64,000 nucleotides of DNA from positions 1 through 64,000 of IMG/VR virus record IMGVR_UViG_3300048035_000135; one strand, 5' to 3'. This DNA is from a virus. Every line of letters starts with the position of its first letter. The stretch's first letter is position 1. Positions 1-9,828 of this stretch are shown here, in pieces. Below the pieces are notes generated by a model. That model was not told the DNA's origin. It saw only the letters and a list, made by a program, of their open reading frames with translations, and searched no databases. The position numbers and the translations under genes are program-made.

Positions 1-310
1 TGAGTTGGGAATTCGATTGTAAATACTTTACTAAACTTGCATCAACTGAATTATCCAATGAAAGATGATTCAATAATGATTTGTTATCATACACATAACA
101 TTCGTTGAAATCAAAGTTGAATTTTTCCAATGTGGTTGTATGGTTGTCTATATTGTTTAAGTTGATTAGAATCTCTCTATCACCCTCTATATCGTATATA
201 TACAACAAAGATAACCCATCATTATGTGGGTGTACAGATACACTCTCCCATATAGGGTGAACATATACCTTATCCATTGAGATATTTCCTTCTTTAAGAA
301 ATTCAATCAT
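1..310 (-). CDS. Probable family-A DNA polymerase, N-terminal part (runs off window start)
   Basis: Open frame from ATG at 310 (MIEFLKEGNISMDKVYVHPIWESVSVHPHNDGLSLLYIYD...). Resembles from memory the N-terminus of PolA-like proteins of related phages. Host-type promoter directly upstream. Catalytic motifs lie outside the window. Confidence 0.45.
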   Translation of the reverse strand, partial: MIEFLKEGNISMDKVYVHPIWESVSVHPHNDGLSLLYIYDIEGDREILINLNNIDNHTTTLEKFNFDFNECYVYDNKSLLNHLSLDNSVDASLVKYLQSNSQL

Positions 311-314
311 ACAT

Positions 315-346
315 CAAATATACGAATTTATTTTGAGTTATCCAAA
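315..346 (-). promoter_or_regulatory. Bacteroidota primary-sigma-type promoter (-33 TTTG / -7 TAnnTTTG)
   Basis: Minus strand reads TTTG-N20-TATATTTG, an exact match to the Bacteroidetes consensus. ATG lies 4 nt downstream. Confidence 0.75.
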
Positions 347-504
347 CAAACCTTACATTCTTTTTCTAAATATACTTTTGTGTTTTTACAAACTCCACAA
401 TCAGTAACCTTACCTGCCGTTTTTACGAATAGTAACATTTCATCTAAAATTGTGTTTATTTCTTTGACTGGATTTCCACCAAACATATTATCTAAACTAC
501 TCAT
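328..504 (-). CDS. 58-aa hypothetical protein with two CxxC motifs (not in ORF track)
   Basis: Manual translation MSSLDNMFGGNPVKEINTILDEMLLFVKTAGKVTDCGVCKNTKVYLEKECKVCLDNSK; fills the gap between neighbouring genes. Confidence 0.6.
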   Translation of the reverse strand: MSSLDNMFGGNPVKEINTILDEMLLFVKTAGKVTDCGVCKNTKVYLEKECKVCLDNSK

Positions 505-507
505 ATC

Positions 508-783
508 TTAACTACAAAATAATTTAGTAGGAACTTCGATTCCTTTTTGTTTTTTGATTTGGTAGAAAACGTTGAAAAATGCTTTGTAAACTTTACCAGC
601 ATGTTCTAAGTAATCTGAATGTGGAGATTTCCACATCATCTGGCCACCACTCATATGGTGTTTATTAACAACTTTGATTTCATATCCTTTAAGGATTAAA
701 TCAACAATCTTTTTTTGAGCTGGAGTGAACTTAACACCCTCAATACTCTTTTCAAATTCTTTTACTTTATTCATATTATTCAT
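508..783 (-). CDS. Hypothetical protein
   Basis: 91-aa ORF with a host-type promoter upstream. Confidence 0.7.
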   Translation of the reverse strand: MNNMNKVKEFEKSIEGVKFTPAQKKIVDLILKGYEIKVVNKHHMSGGQMMWKSPHSDYLEHAGKVYKAFFNVFYQIKKQKGIEVPTKLFCS

Positions 784-801
784 TTCTCAATTATTACAGT
801 A

Positions 802-833
802 CTAATATACGAATAATATTTGAATTAACCAAA
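802..833 (-). promoter_or_regulatory. Bacteroidota-type promoter
   Basis: TTTG-N20-TATATTAG; spacer similar to that at 315-346. Confidence 0.65.
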
Positions 834-872
834 TTTTAATGTTAAGAAATTGTTAAGTTTTCAACAAAGTTA

Positions 873-950
873 TTAACAAATACCAATAATGAAGAATGTT
901 ACCATTAGTAGGATATATATGATTGTGCTAATATCTTTTTTTGGATTCAT
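873..950 (-). CDS. 25-aa hydrophobic peptide, possible single transmembrane helix
   Basis: MNPKKDISTIIYILLMVTFFIIGIC; starts 4 nt after the upstream stop. Confidence 0.4.
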   Translation of the reverse strand: MNPKKDISTIIYILLMVTFFIIGIC

Positions 951-954
951 AGTG

Positions 955-1587
955 TTATGGTTGATAGAATTCTAAATAATCAATGAACTTTGATTTTAAG
1001 GCTGGGTAATCCTCTGAAAGTAGTGCTATTGTTCGTTTATTGGTATCAAATACTCCAGATTCTATTATATTACCCATATCATCTTTAATATCGTATAGAT
1101 TACCAGTAATCTTCCATCTTATTTTTAATTTTTTGTAAAGTACATCTGATAATCCTTTATCAGTACCTATTTCACCAAATTTATCTTTGTTCAACTCAAT
1201 ACAAGTATCATCATATTTGTAAGCAACGTATCTAATAAAGAATCCGTTTTTTAAATCTTTTTCTTTAATCGGTTCTACAGATTTATTTGGAGTTTGAGTT
1301 TTTTTAACATCCACAGATTTAATTTCATCGTATATGAAATTTTTAGCGAAATCCATACCTTCTGAATTCTGAGTTCCGATGGTAGTTAAATCTACATATG
1401 GAATTAACTTTCTTGATTTTCCTTTTACAAAAGTAGATTTAGAAAATACTTCATCTGTAATGTATTTGTGGTATTGCCCTATATATTCAGTACCATCTAT
1501 GAACATCCATTCTTTACCCAATGTTACCAAACCACTATCAATTTGGTTTTTTGTGTAATATACTCTACGTCTTTTAAATTCACTCAT
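955..1587 (-). CDS. Hypothetical protein, likely virion/baseplate associated
   Basis: Likely start MSEFKRRR at 1587 (TAATG overlap with upstream stop); last gene of the baseplate run. Confidence 0.65.
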   Translation of the reverse strand: MSEFKRRRVYYTKNQIDSGLVTLGKEWMFIDGTEYIGQYHKYITDEVFSKSTFVKGKSRKLIPYVDLTTIGTQNSEGMDFAKNFIYDEIKSVDVKKTQTPNKSVEPIKEKDLKNGFFIRYVAYKYDDTCIELNKDKFGEIGTDKGLSDVLYKKLKIRWKITGNLYDIKDDMGNIIESGVFDTNKRTIALLSEDYPALKSKFIDYLEFYQP

Positions 1588-3566
1588 TACACTATCCTCA
1601 TTACAGTTTCCAATGAAGTTTCCCAACCACCTTGTCCATCAAAATTATGAGTTACACCTGTTATAGTAAAGAAACAATTATCTTTTTTAAATGGTTTAGG
1701 TAATCTATCAATAGTAATCGGTGCTAAGAATGGAATACCCCATATACCATCTATAGTAACACCAAGATTTAATGTATAAATCATTTCCCCATATCTACCA
1801 CCTTTTAAACCAGCATCTTTTTTACAATTCTGATTTATGTAGTTTCGCATAGCATTTTGATACGATTTGGTTTTTGGAGGGTCACATCCATCTTTACCCA
1901 TAGCCCAACGTTTTTCTTTTAACTTATCCATAGTTGCGCCAGCTTGTTGTTTTGAAATATCAATTGCCTTTCCAGATGGGGATGGTGGATATAACCCCCC
2001 ATTTGCTCCTGCGGGGTTTAATTTTAAAGTACCATCTTCTATTATTAGATGGCCGTTGGAAGTTCCCTTTTCTACACTTGTACGAGTAGCAGCTACTAAC
2101 ATATCAGAATCAAAATCACTATCTAAACTAACTGATTTAGTTATAGAACCCGCCCCCAATACTTTGAATGTATATGTACCTGATGTTGCGTTTGCTTTAG
2201 CATCATCAGAATTTGATACCATTCGTTTATTAGCAACCATCAACTCTATAGAACCTTCTTGATTATCTGGACTTAATACCTCACCATTTTTTGTTGGAAT
2301 TAATGATAATGAAATTAATCCACCTGTAACTGTTTCTAAATCTGAAAATAATGTATTTAGGAAATCTGATACTTTTACTGCTTTTTTGAAACCACCTACT
2401 CTTGGAGTATCCTTTTCTAAGCTTTCATAAGTATCAATAATATGTCTTATACTAATAGCTATTTTAGCGATTTCTCCTTTGAATTTATTACTAGAACTTT
2501 CATTTTCTAAGTTTTTCCCCCATCTAGAAAAGTTTGCTTCGTTTCCACCACCACCAAGTGATGGGTCTCCATATGCACCTTGCGGACCTGGTAAGAAAAA
2601 CTTATTAGGGTCAGCTGAACCAAAACCTACACCATCTGGATATTTCGAAATATCACCTGTTTCTGCGATAGAATATGTATTATCAGAACCTTTAATTTGT
2701 GCGTTCAAATACTGAATTAATGTATCTAAATTAGTGAACGCAATATAATTTTCAGTATCATTATACCATTTGGATTCTACAATCAATTCTGCTGCCCCAA
2801 ATAATCCATCTATATTAGCGACTTTACCACCACCTATCATTTTAGCACGTTTAAATCTTATTTTATTATCACCTAATTTACTAACATCAGATGCATCATC
2901 TTCAGAACCTAATCCGAATGCTTTTCTAAAACTATTTTCTAAGGATTCTAATAATTCTGGTGTTTTCTTTTCCCCTTCATCATCTGTTACCTCTTCAGCA
3001 GGAGTTCCCATTTCATCACCTGCCCATAATCCAGATGGAGACATACATTTAATTGTACAATCAAACGCACCATCATCTCCTAAACCAAAACTAAAATTAT
3101 ATACATTTGCTTTCACCGAACCCTTATTACATTTAGCACCAGTTCCACCTATCCAACCAAAATCAAATTGTATTTCAGCTCCAGGCCTCATATAAACTGA
3201 TTCGGCTAAATCTAAATCATCTTGTGTATAAACAGTGAATTGAGCTTCAATTTCATATATGTAAGAATCCGTATAATCTTGTGCTCCTTGATTTGATATA
3301 CTTACAGATTTCAATAATGGTTTGAATTTTTTTATACCATCTTCTGATGTGTATAAACTCTCAGGTGTACCACCATTAGTTCCATCACCCATCTTCATAC
3401 CAGGTATAGCCTCTATAATTGTTTTAGTATCACCAGTACCCTGCATTTTTATATAAGCATATTTTTCATAGTTCCAAGAAACACTTCGGTTTGCTATAGA
3501 ACCACTTCTCGCATTAAGCTCTTTAGCTAAATCATCAGGAAACGGCTTATCAAAGGATATACTCAT
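1587..3566 (-). CDS. Baseplate hub-like protein (gp27/P2 gpD-like)
   Basis: C-terminal FFTITGVTHNFDGQGGWETSLE is typical of hub/late-control D proteins; follows the LysM baseplate gene. Confidence 0.6.
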   Translation of the reverse strand: MSISFDKPFPDDLAKELNARSGSIANRSVSWNYEKYAYIKMQGTGDTKTIIEAIPGMKMGDGTNGGTPESLYTSEDGIKKFKPLLKSVSISNQGAQDYTDSYIYEIEAQFTVYTQDDLDLAESVYMRPGAEIQFDFGWIGGTGAKCNKGSVKANVYNFSFGLGDDGAFDCTIKCMSPSGLWAGDEMGTPAEEVTDDEGEKKTPELLESLENSFRKAFGLGSEDDASDVSKLGDNKIRFKRAKMIGGGKVANIDGLFGAAELIVESKWYNDTENYIAFTNLDTLIQYLNAQIKGSDNTYSIAETGDISKYPDGVGFGSADPNKFFLPGPQGAYGDPSLGGGGNEANFSRWGKNLENESSSNKFKGEIAKIAISIRHIIDTYESLEKDTPRVGGFKKAVKVSDFLNTLFSDLETVTGGLISLSLIPTKNGEVLSPDNQEGSIELMVANKRMVSNSDDAKANATSGTYTFKVLGAGSITKSVSLDSDFDSDMLVAATRTSVEKGTSNGHLIIEDGTLKLNPAGANGGLYPPSPSGKAIDISKQQAGATMDKLKEKRWAMGKDGCDPPKTKSYQNAMRNYINQNCKKDAGLKGGRYGEMIYTLNLGVTIDGIWGIPFLAPITIDRLPKPFKKDNCFFTITGVTHNFDGQGGWETSLETVMRIV

Positions 3567-3578
3567 AACTTATTCTAT

Positions 3579-3878
3579 TTAATTGTTTAACTTTTCATAT
3601 TCATCTTGTATTTCTACAAATCTATGTGGTATTCTTAGTTGTGTTCCGATTGGAACTTCTAAATCACCTTTACCTAAATTATTAGCTCTAGCTAATATCC
3701 ACCACAATCTTGCATCTTCATAGTATTTGAAAGCAAGATTATCTAACCTATCACCTTGTATTGATATAATGTATATATCATTAGATGTTTTTTCCATCTT
3801 TGGATATCTGATAGTTTTTTTGTATCGTTTACCCTTTTCGGTTTTTAGTATTTCTATATCTTCGTATCTATTTGCCAT
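3579..3878 (-). CDS. LysM-domain baseplate protein (gp53/P2 gpX-like)
   Basis: GDRLDNLAFKYYEDARLWWILARAN...GTQLRIP LysM signature. Confidence 0.8.
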   Translation of the reverse strand: MANRYEDIEILKTEKGKRYKKTIRYPKMEKTSNDIYIISIQGDRLDNLAFKYYEDARLWWILARANNLGKGDLEVPIGTQLRIPHRFVEIQDEYEKLNN

Positions 3879-3881
3879 ATC

Positions 3882-6782
3882 TTACCCTAAAAAGTCATAT
3901 ACTTTATTTGAATATTTTGGTTTTTCGTTAGCTAATAATTTTAATCCTATACTTACATCAACACCCATCGATGCACCCATATCAATATCCCAAGGAACTT
4001 CATCTGAGTATGTATATGATAAACTATCAATAAAAGTTAATTGGTCAACATACATTGAACCTAAAGTGAAATCCATAAGGATACCCTGATATCCATTTGT
4101 ACCATATTTAGGCATTGTCATAGATGCTAACCTAGATAGTTTTTCATACAATGGTACTAATTCTGCTTTTGTAGTTGGATATACTTGAAAATTAAAACTT
4201 AAACTTCTTTCAAAAGTAGAATACTTAAATGCTGAATCTGCTCTACCATTATATTTTTGCCCATCCCAACTTGGTGAGAATGTTTCCGTTAATCCACTAA
4301 TAGTACCTCTGAATTGTAATCTAGAACCACCACCACGTAAATTAAATATCAATTTAACTAAATCATTTGCCTCATCTGCATCTATTGCGCCAGATTGTAT
4401 AGGGTCAGCTGCGTGTGATATTTCATAATCTGTTCTATCCGCCCCAACAATTCCAGGATTCTGAAATCCGAATTTGGCTTCTAATGAGTTATCTACATAT
4501 TTTGCTTTTTCTGCTCTACTCTTATCTTGTCCAGGTTCTAATAAATCTCTAAAATCGTTTATTTGGTCATCACCAACACACCTATCAGGTCGGTTTCCAT
4601 AAGCAACAGTTTCATAGGATTTTATAAGTTCACCACCATCAAATCTATGTAATGGGTGTGGTGAATCATTTGTATTGATTGTTATATCATCAAAGTTACT
4701 AACACTAACATCATCATATTTAGTGTAATTACCATCTTTTAGTTTTTTTCCTAACCCAAAGTTTTCGGCTTCATCGGCATCTAATGGTGTATCATCACCA
4801 TAAGTATTAAATTCATCACCACCAGCAGGCCCCGCGTTGAATGGACTACCAACTGGGGTGTACCATTGATAATGATTTGCTCTATTAGAAGCTTCTCTTT
4901 GTGATTGATTATCAAATGTATCAGTACCTCTAGTCGTAAGACCAGGACCCATAATATTGATACCATATAAAGAATTGAACCCACCTTTTGCATCAGTTTG
5001 AGTTACAAATGGAGTTCCAACTAATGTAGTTGGTAAAAATAAATCAGTTTTATACATTGTCTCTAATTTATCTTTTACGATATTTAGAGTATTATCTTGA
5101 TATTGGAATGTATCATCTACTAATGGTATTAGACCAGGTCGCTGTGCTTTTAATCCAACATGCTGTCCACCAATAGCCGCTAACATACCAGCAGGTGTCC
5201 ATACTTTACCAAATTTCTGAGAACGTTGCATTCCAAATTGTTTTGCCCCCCATAGAATACCTGGAACGGATGCGAACCAACTACCAATTCTAGCAACATC
5301 TATAAGTGCTCTAACAGTTGATGTAACAATACCACCTCTGATAGCACCTTCATCATAATTAAATCCACCTAATCCCCAAACTTGCGGTTCACCTTTTGAT
5401 ATTTTCTTTCGTTGGATACCTCTTAATATAAATGGTTGTCTAAATAATCCCAACCCTCTATTAAATGAATCTTCTTTTAAATTAAATTTAGAATATTGTT
5501 CATCTAAGAAAGATGGTGATTGTCTTTTGGCATGTCCCATACCAATTCCAAATCCTTCTTCACCTGAATTTATACCACCTGCATCATTATATGAACCACC
5601 ATATGTTTTACCTAATGTAAATGAATTATTGGTTATATCACCAAATAATGATGTTGTACCATCAAATACAGTATTATCAGGATTTACACCAATGAATTTA
5701 CTAGCCTCTACTCCACCAAATTTAGAATTAAATCCTAATGCATGTATATCTGTAAGATTATTTACTTCTTGGAATTCTTTACCTTCATTTTCTAATTTAC
5801 CACTAAATGTGAAATCAGTTGGTGTTGTTTCACCTTTTTGTCTATCACCTTGCGTTATTGGTGTTGGTGTTGTTTCACCCAATCCCTTTTCACCATTTGG
5901 TATGTTCATTGGTATGGGTGTTGTTTCACCCAATCCCTTTTCACCATTTGGTATGTTCATTGGTGTTGGTGTTGTTTCACCTAAGAACTTAGAACTTCTA
6001 TCCGATTCTACAGGTGTTGTTTCACCTAAGAACTTAGAACTTCTATCCGATTCTACAGGCGTTGTTTCACCTAAGAATTGAGTTGAGTTATTCATTTCAT
6101 TAGGAGTAGTTTCACCTAAAAACTTAGAACTTCTATCTGATTCATTGGGTGTTGTTTCACCTAAGAATTGTTCAGAATTATTCATTTCATTAGGAGTAGT
6201 TTCCCCTAAGAATTTCTCTGAGTTGTTCATTTCTGTAGGATTTGTTTCACCTAAGAATCTTTCTTCTAAACTCATTGGTTTAGGAGTAGTTTCCCCTAAG
6301 AATTGCTCTGAGTTGTTCATTTCGTTAGGAGTAGTCTCACCTAAGAAGTTTTCAGAGTTGTTCATTTCCTTTGGTGATGTTTCACCTTTGAACTTTTCTG
6401 AGTTATCCATTTGGGTTGGTGATGTTTCACCTTTGAATTTTTCAGATTGATTAACCAATGTTGGGTCTGTTTGCCCTAAATATCGTTCTTCTAAACTCAT
6501 TGGTTTAGGAGTTGTTTCACCTTTGAATTTTTCTGAATTATCCATAGGTTGAGGTGTTGTCTCACCTTTAAATTTTTCTGATTGATTTACTTTTTGTGGA
6601 TTTACACCTTCTTTATTAGTAGTAGTTTGAGAACGTGGAATCTTTGGCGCTGAATCTACCATAGAACTTAATGGTGTTTTATTTAAGTTCTTATTAACAT
6701 CAACTCTTTCTTTAGATACCAACGGGTCTTTCTTTGGCATTCTAAATTTTGATAAATCCGATTTTAAATCTTTAAGCGCCAT
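3882..6782 (-). CDS. Baseplate/tube-initiator-like protein with N-terminal tandem repeats
   Basis: C-terminal tube-initiator-like segment (FRGTISGLTETFSPSW...GRAD...FERSLSFNF); lies between TMP and LysM gene; 17 GETTP repeats. Confidence 0.6.
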   Translation of the reverse strand: MALKDLKSDLSKFRMPKKDPLVSKERVDVNKNLNKTPLSSMVDSAPKIPRSQTTTNKEGVNPQKVNQSEKFKGETTPQPMDNSEKFKGETTPKPMSLEERYLGQTDPTLVNQSEKFKGETSPTQMDNSEKFKGETSPKEMNNSENFLGETTPNEMNNSEQFLGETTPKPMSLEERFLGETNPTEMNNSEKFLGETTPNEMNNSEQFLGETTPNESDRSSKFLGETTPNEMNNSTQFLGETTPVESDRSSKFLGETTPVESDRSSKFLGETTPTPMNIPNGEKGLGETTPIPMNIPNGEKGLGETTPTPITQGDRQKGETTPTDFTFSGKLENEGKEFQEVNNLTDIHALGFNSKFGGVEASKFIGVNPDNTVFDGTTSLFGDITNNSFTLGKTYGGSYNDAGGINSGEEGFGIGMGHAKRQSPSFLDEQYSKFNLKEDSFNRGLGLFRQPFILRGIQRKKISKGEPQVWGLGGFNYDEGAIRGGIVTSTVRALIDVARIGSWFASVPGILWGAKQFGMQRSQKFGKVWTPAGMLAAIGGQHVGLKAQRPGLIPLVDDTFQYQDNTLNIVKDKLETMYKTDLFLPTTLVGTPFVTQTDAKGGFNSLYGINIMGPGLTTRGTDTFDNQSQREASNRANHYQWYTPVGSPFNAGPAGGDEFNTYGDDTPLDADEAENFGLGKKLKDGNYTKYDDVSVSNFDDITINTNDSPHPLHRFDGGELIKSYETVAYGNRPDRCVGDDQINDFRDLLEPGQDKSRAEKAKYVDNSLEAKFGFQNPGIVGADRTDYEISHAADPIQSGAIDADEANDLVKLIFNLRGGGSRLQFRGTISGLTETFSPSWDGQKYNGRADSAFKYSTFERSLSFNFQVYPTTKAELVPLYEKLSRLASMTMPKYGTNGYQGILMDFTLGSMYVDQLTFIDSLSYTYSDEVPWDIDMGASMGVDVSIGLKLLANEKPKYSNKVYDFLG
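5821..6580 (-). repeat. Coding tandem repeat, about 17 copies of a 45-nt (15-aa) unit
   Basis: SE(K/Q)F(L/K)GETTPxxMxN units; two units are 17 aa. Confidence 0.9.
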
Positions 6783-9487
6783 TATGCCATTCCTCTTGTA
6801 CTTACGGCCTGTCTACTCTGTACTCTAGTAATTCGATGTACTGCTTTACCGTCAATGTTTAATACTATTGGTTGAGCTTGTAAATCACTTCTCAATCCTT
6901 TTATCTCATCTAATAATTCTGAATCAGAATCTCCACTATCATCACCACCGATTCCAAAGAAGTTTCCTAACCCTTCTAATGCGGGAGCTACAGCTGCTAA
7001 TCCCATCAATGCTCCGATGATTGGAATTGCCATCATTCCACTAAATGCCATAGTAGTTAATCCTGCACTTATAGACATTAACCCACCACCTAATGCATAT
7101 AATGGTGATACTAAACTTCCTAATCCAGTTAAAGAACTTGTAAGAATTGCTACGTGTGTAGCTACCTCTGCTAATCCTTCACCTGCTGCGGCAACTCCAG
7201 GCCCAATTGTTGATAGTTCTTTTATTTGGTCTATCACACCACCACCAAAGAATGATGCTATACCACCAACGGCTAACGCTGCTGAAAATGCAATCATACC
7301 AACTGATGCTGATAGTAGTGCTGGCCCTAACATCATCATTCCTAATACATTTTCTGGAGATATTGCTGTAAACATTGTTACAAATCCATCAGCTATAGCT
7401 CCAATAATAGGTGGAATCGCACTCATCACATTTACTACAATAGTACCAAATGCTTCTAATAATGGTGTTAGTAAAGATAATGCAAATGCGAATGGAATCA
7501 TAGCCACACCCAATGCCGCCATCAAACCAATTCCAATTAATACAAATAATGCTGTTGCTGGATTACCAAATGCCGCTAAACCTGCTGCTAATGCGGTGAA
7601 GTTTGTTGAAATTATCGGTCCTAAGCCGGGTATAGACATAAATAGTAAAAATGGTAATGCTAATAATCCTAATGCTAATGCCGGCCCTACCAACATCATT
7701 ACTAACGCACCAACCGCCGCTTGACTCATTGATTGTAAACCAGATGATAATCCCGTAAAGTTTTCTTCTAATGCTTTTAGTTTAATTTTACCCATAAACA
7801 ATAAAAATGGGATTGCTGGAAGTGCCATAACGAAAGCAGGTCCTGCTAATGCAACAACACCAACACCCGCCAATACTTTACCATCACCCATTTCTCTCAA
7901 ACCTTCGGCTAGTGATTTTAATCCACCACCAGAACCTTCAGCTGCTCCACCTACATCACCACCACCTTGATTTGTATTTGCAACATCTTGTGATACATCA
8001 CCGCCACCACCACCCATACCAAACATATTTTTAATACCGCCAGTAAATCCACCACCTTGCATAGCTGATAGAACTGAGTATTGTGCTATAAATCCGAGTA
8101 TCCCAGTGGTTGCTTCTTTAAGAAATCCTGGCATTCCACTCCAAGTTTCACCTAAGTAACCTATAGTTGAATCTACCCAATCAGGAGTAATTTGATTCGC
8201 AACAGCGTTTTGTTGAGTATAAACTTCTTGTAATTCTTTTTTAGTCATACCAACCATAGCAGCGTATTGTTGCATACCAAGAGGTCCTAACTCATTGAAA
8301 TCTTCTTGTGATATTAACATCTTTTCTATCGAGTGGCCAAATTCTTTGAGGTTCATTTCACCATTTTTATATGCCAATGCTTGAGCTCGGATACCATCTA
8401 CACCTTTAAACGCATCTTGTCCTAATTTTCCTGCTAACATAGCTCTGGCTTTTGCTTGAGCTTTCATAGAACCTTCTATATCTAACATATTATCAGCTAT
8501 AGATTCTAATTTTTCCATATTGAGGCCTTGCTTCCTCAATTCTATGTTTTGTTTAGCAAATGCTTCTAATGCTTCTTCAGATGCACCAACTAAATTCTCC
8601 ATATTACCCGCCATATCTTTCATAACGGCAGATGCGGCTATACCTTCTTTCTTAGCAAGTTCTTTTATGGTATCAGTCATCACACCAGCATCACCACTAG
8701 CGTTACTGAATATAGATTCTAACTGAACTGCGGATGCGGAATCGCCTGTAAGTTTTTGTAACTCTGCTATGTTTCCTATTAAATCTGCGGTTAACCCCCC
8801 AGCAGTACCATATATATCAACATACTCTTTTGCCGCAGTATTTAATTCTTCTTGAGAGAATCTCATATTCTGAATTTGTGCACCAATTGTTGCAGAAGTT
8901 ACTCTTCCTGCTTCATCAGCTGATAACCCTATTTCATATGTAAGTTCTGCTGCAAATCCTAATGTGTTTTTAAATCCTTCTTGTATTCCTTTGGTGACTG
9001 ATTCTAATAGAGCCAGAGAAGCACCTAATACAGTACCAGTTTTTAACATTTCACCTAAAGTACCTAAAGAACCATATAGATTATCTTTAGTTTTCTTTGT
9101 TGTTGCTTGAATCTGTTCTTCTGCCTTATTACGTTCAACAATTAAAGTTTGAACGCCTCTCATTCTTTCTAACTGTGCTAATAATTCTGAATTTATTTCA
9201 GTACCTGTTACGGCTTGTTCCTTTAGTAAATCAGCAATAGCTGTATCAATGGCTGTTAACGCATCTTTGGAGTTTGTTGTTTCTTTAATAGATTCAAGAT
9301 ATTTTTTTTGAATATCAAGACCTTTTTGGTTTAAGTTGTTGGATTTTGATGCACGTTCTTGAGCCGTTTTGGCAAACGATGTTAACTTTTGAGAAAGATT
9401 AACTTGCTCTTCTAACTTGGCAGTCTCTTTAGCTAAGTATTCAGCCCTTCGTTGTGCGTATTGTAATCTCTGTTTTTCAGAAGCCAT
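6782..9487 (-). CDS. Tail tape measure protein
   Basis: 901 aa, Ala/Gly/Leu-rich helical, hydrophobic C-terminal half; located downstream of the tube and chaperone genes. Confidence 0.8.
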   Translation of the reverse strand: MASEKQRLQYAQRRAEYLAKETAKLEEQVNLSQKLTSFAKTAQERASKSNNLNQKGLDIQKKYLESIKETTNSKDALTAIDTAIADLLKEQAVTGTEINSELLAQLERMRGVQTLIVERNKAEEQIQATTKKTKDNLYGSLGTLGEMLKTGTVLGASLALLESVTKGIQEGFKNTLGFAAELTYEIGLSADEAGRVTSATIGAQIQNMRFSQEELNTAAKEYVDIYGTAGGLTADLIGNIAELQKLTGDSASAVQLESIFSNASGDAGVMTDTIKELAKKEGIAASAVMKDMAGNMENLVGASEEALEAFAKQNIELRKQGLNMEKLESIADNMLDIEGSMKAQAKARAMLAGKLGQDAFKGVDGIRAQALAYKNGEMNLKEFGHSIEKMLISQEDFNELGPLGMQQYAAMVGMTKKELQEVYTQQNAVANQITPDWVDSTIGYLGETWSGMPGFLKEATTGILGFIAQYSVLSAMQGGGFTGGIKNMFGMGGGGGDVSQDVANTNQGGGDVGGAAEGSGGGLKSLAEGLREMGDGKVLAGVGVVALAGPAFVMALPAIPFLLFMGKIKLKALEENFTGLSSGLQSMSQAAVGALVMMLVGPALALGLLALPFLLFMSIPGLGPIISTNFTALAAGLAAFGNPATALFVLIGIGLMAALGVAMIPFAFALSLLTPLLEAFGTIVVNVMSAIPPIIGAIADGFVTMFTAISPENVLGMMMLGPALLSASVGMIAFSAALAVGGIASFFGGGVIDQIKELSTIGPGVAAAGEGLAEVATHVAILTSSLTGLGSLVSPLYALGGGLMSISAGLTTMAFSGMMAIPIIGALMGLAAVAPALEGLGNFFGIGGDDSGDSDSELLDEIKGLRSDLQAQPIVLNIDGKAVHRITRVQSRQAVSTRGMA

Positions 9488-9511
9488 TTCGTTAAACCCT
9501 TAATATTGATA

Positions 9512-9748
9512 TTATAAGTATTTTGCACCTTTTAAGAAATCAGCCATATCTTTTAGTGCTTTTCTTTCTTCTTCAGTAGGAGCAGATGAAATTACATCTT
9601 CTATATCACTATCTATAGCTGCTAATTTTTTCTTTGTGGATTTTGATACGTTACCTTTAGTTTTCTTTTTAAAGATATCAAATAACCCTTCTGATAATCC
9701 GAATTTTTCGAATAATTCTTTAAGTTGTGATTCTTTTATTGTTTTCAT
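9512..9748 (-). CDS. Hypothetical protein, possible head-packaged small protein
   Basis: 78 aa; N-terminus MKTIKE...LSEG; has its own late-type motif upstream. Confidence 0.6.
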   Translation of the reverse strand: MKTIKESQLKELFEKFGLSEGLFDIFKKKTKGNVSKSTKKKLAAIDSDIEDVISSAPTEEERKALKDMADFLKGAKYL

Positions 9749-9776
9749 AATAGTATATCCCGTTGTTCTTATATTC

Positions 9777-9784
9777 TATAAATA
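9777..9784 (-). promoter_or_regulatory. Putative late promoter motif TATTTATA
   Basis: Recurrent intergenic octamer upstream of structural genes. Confidence 0.6.
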
Positions 9785-9788
9785 TAGA

Positions 9789-9825
9789 AATACCCAACAA
9801 ATCATCAAAAAATCTGTTGGGTATT
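9789..9825 (-). terminator. Stem-loop after the gp51-like gene
   Basis: 11-bp inverted repeat AATACCCAACA...TGTTGGGTATT. Confidence 0.6.
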
Positions 9826-9828
9826 AAA

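Noticed and set aside
5821-6580. Regularly spaced GTTTCACCTAAGAA cores resembling a CRISPR array
   Set aside because: The period is a multiple of 3, the intervening sequences are related to each other, variation is codon-like within a long ORF, and no cas genes are present.
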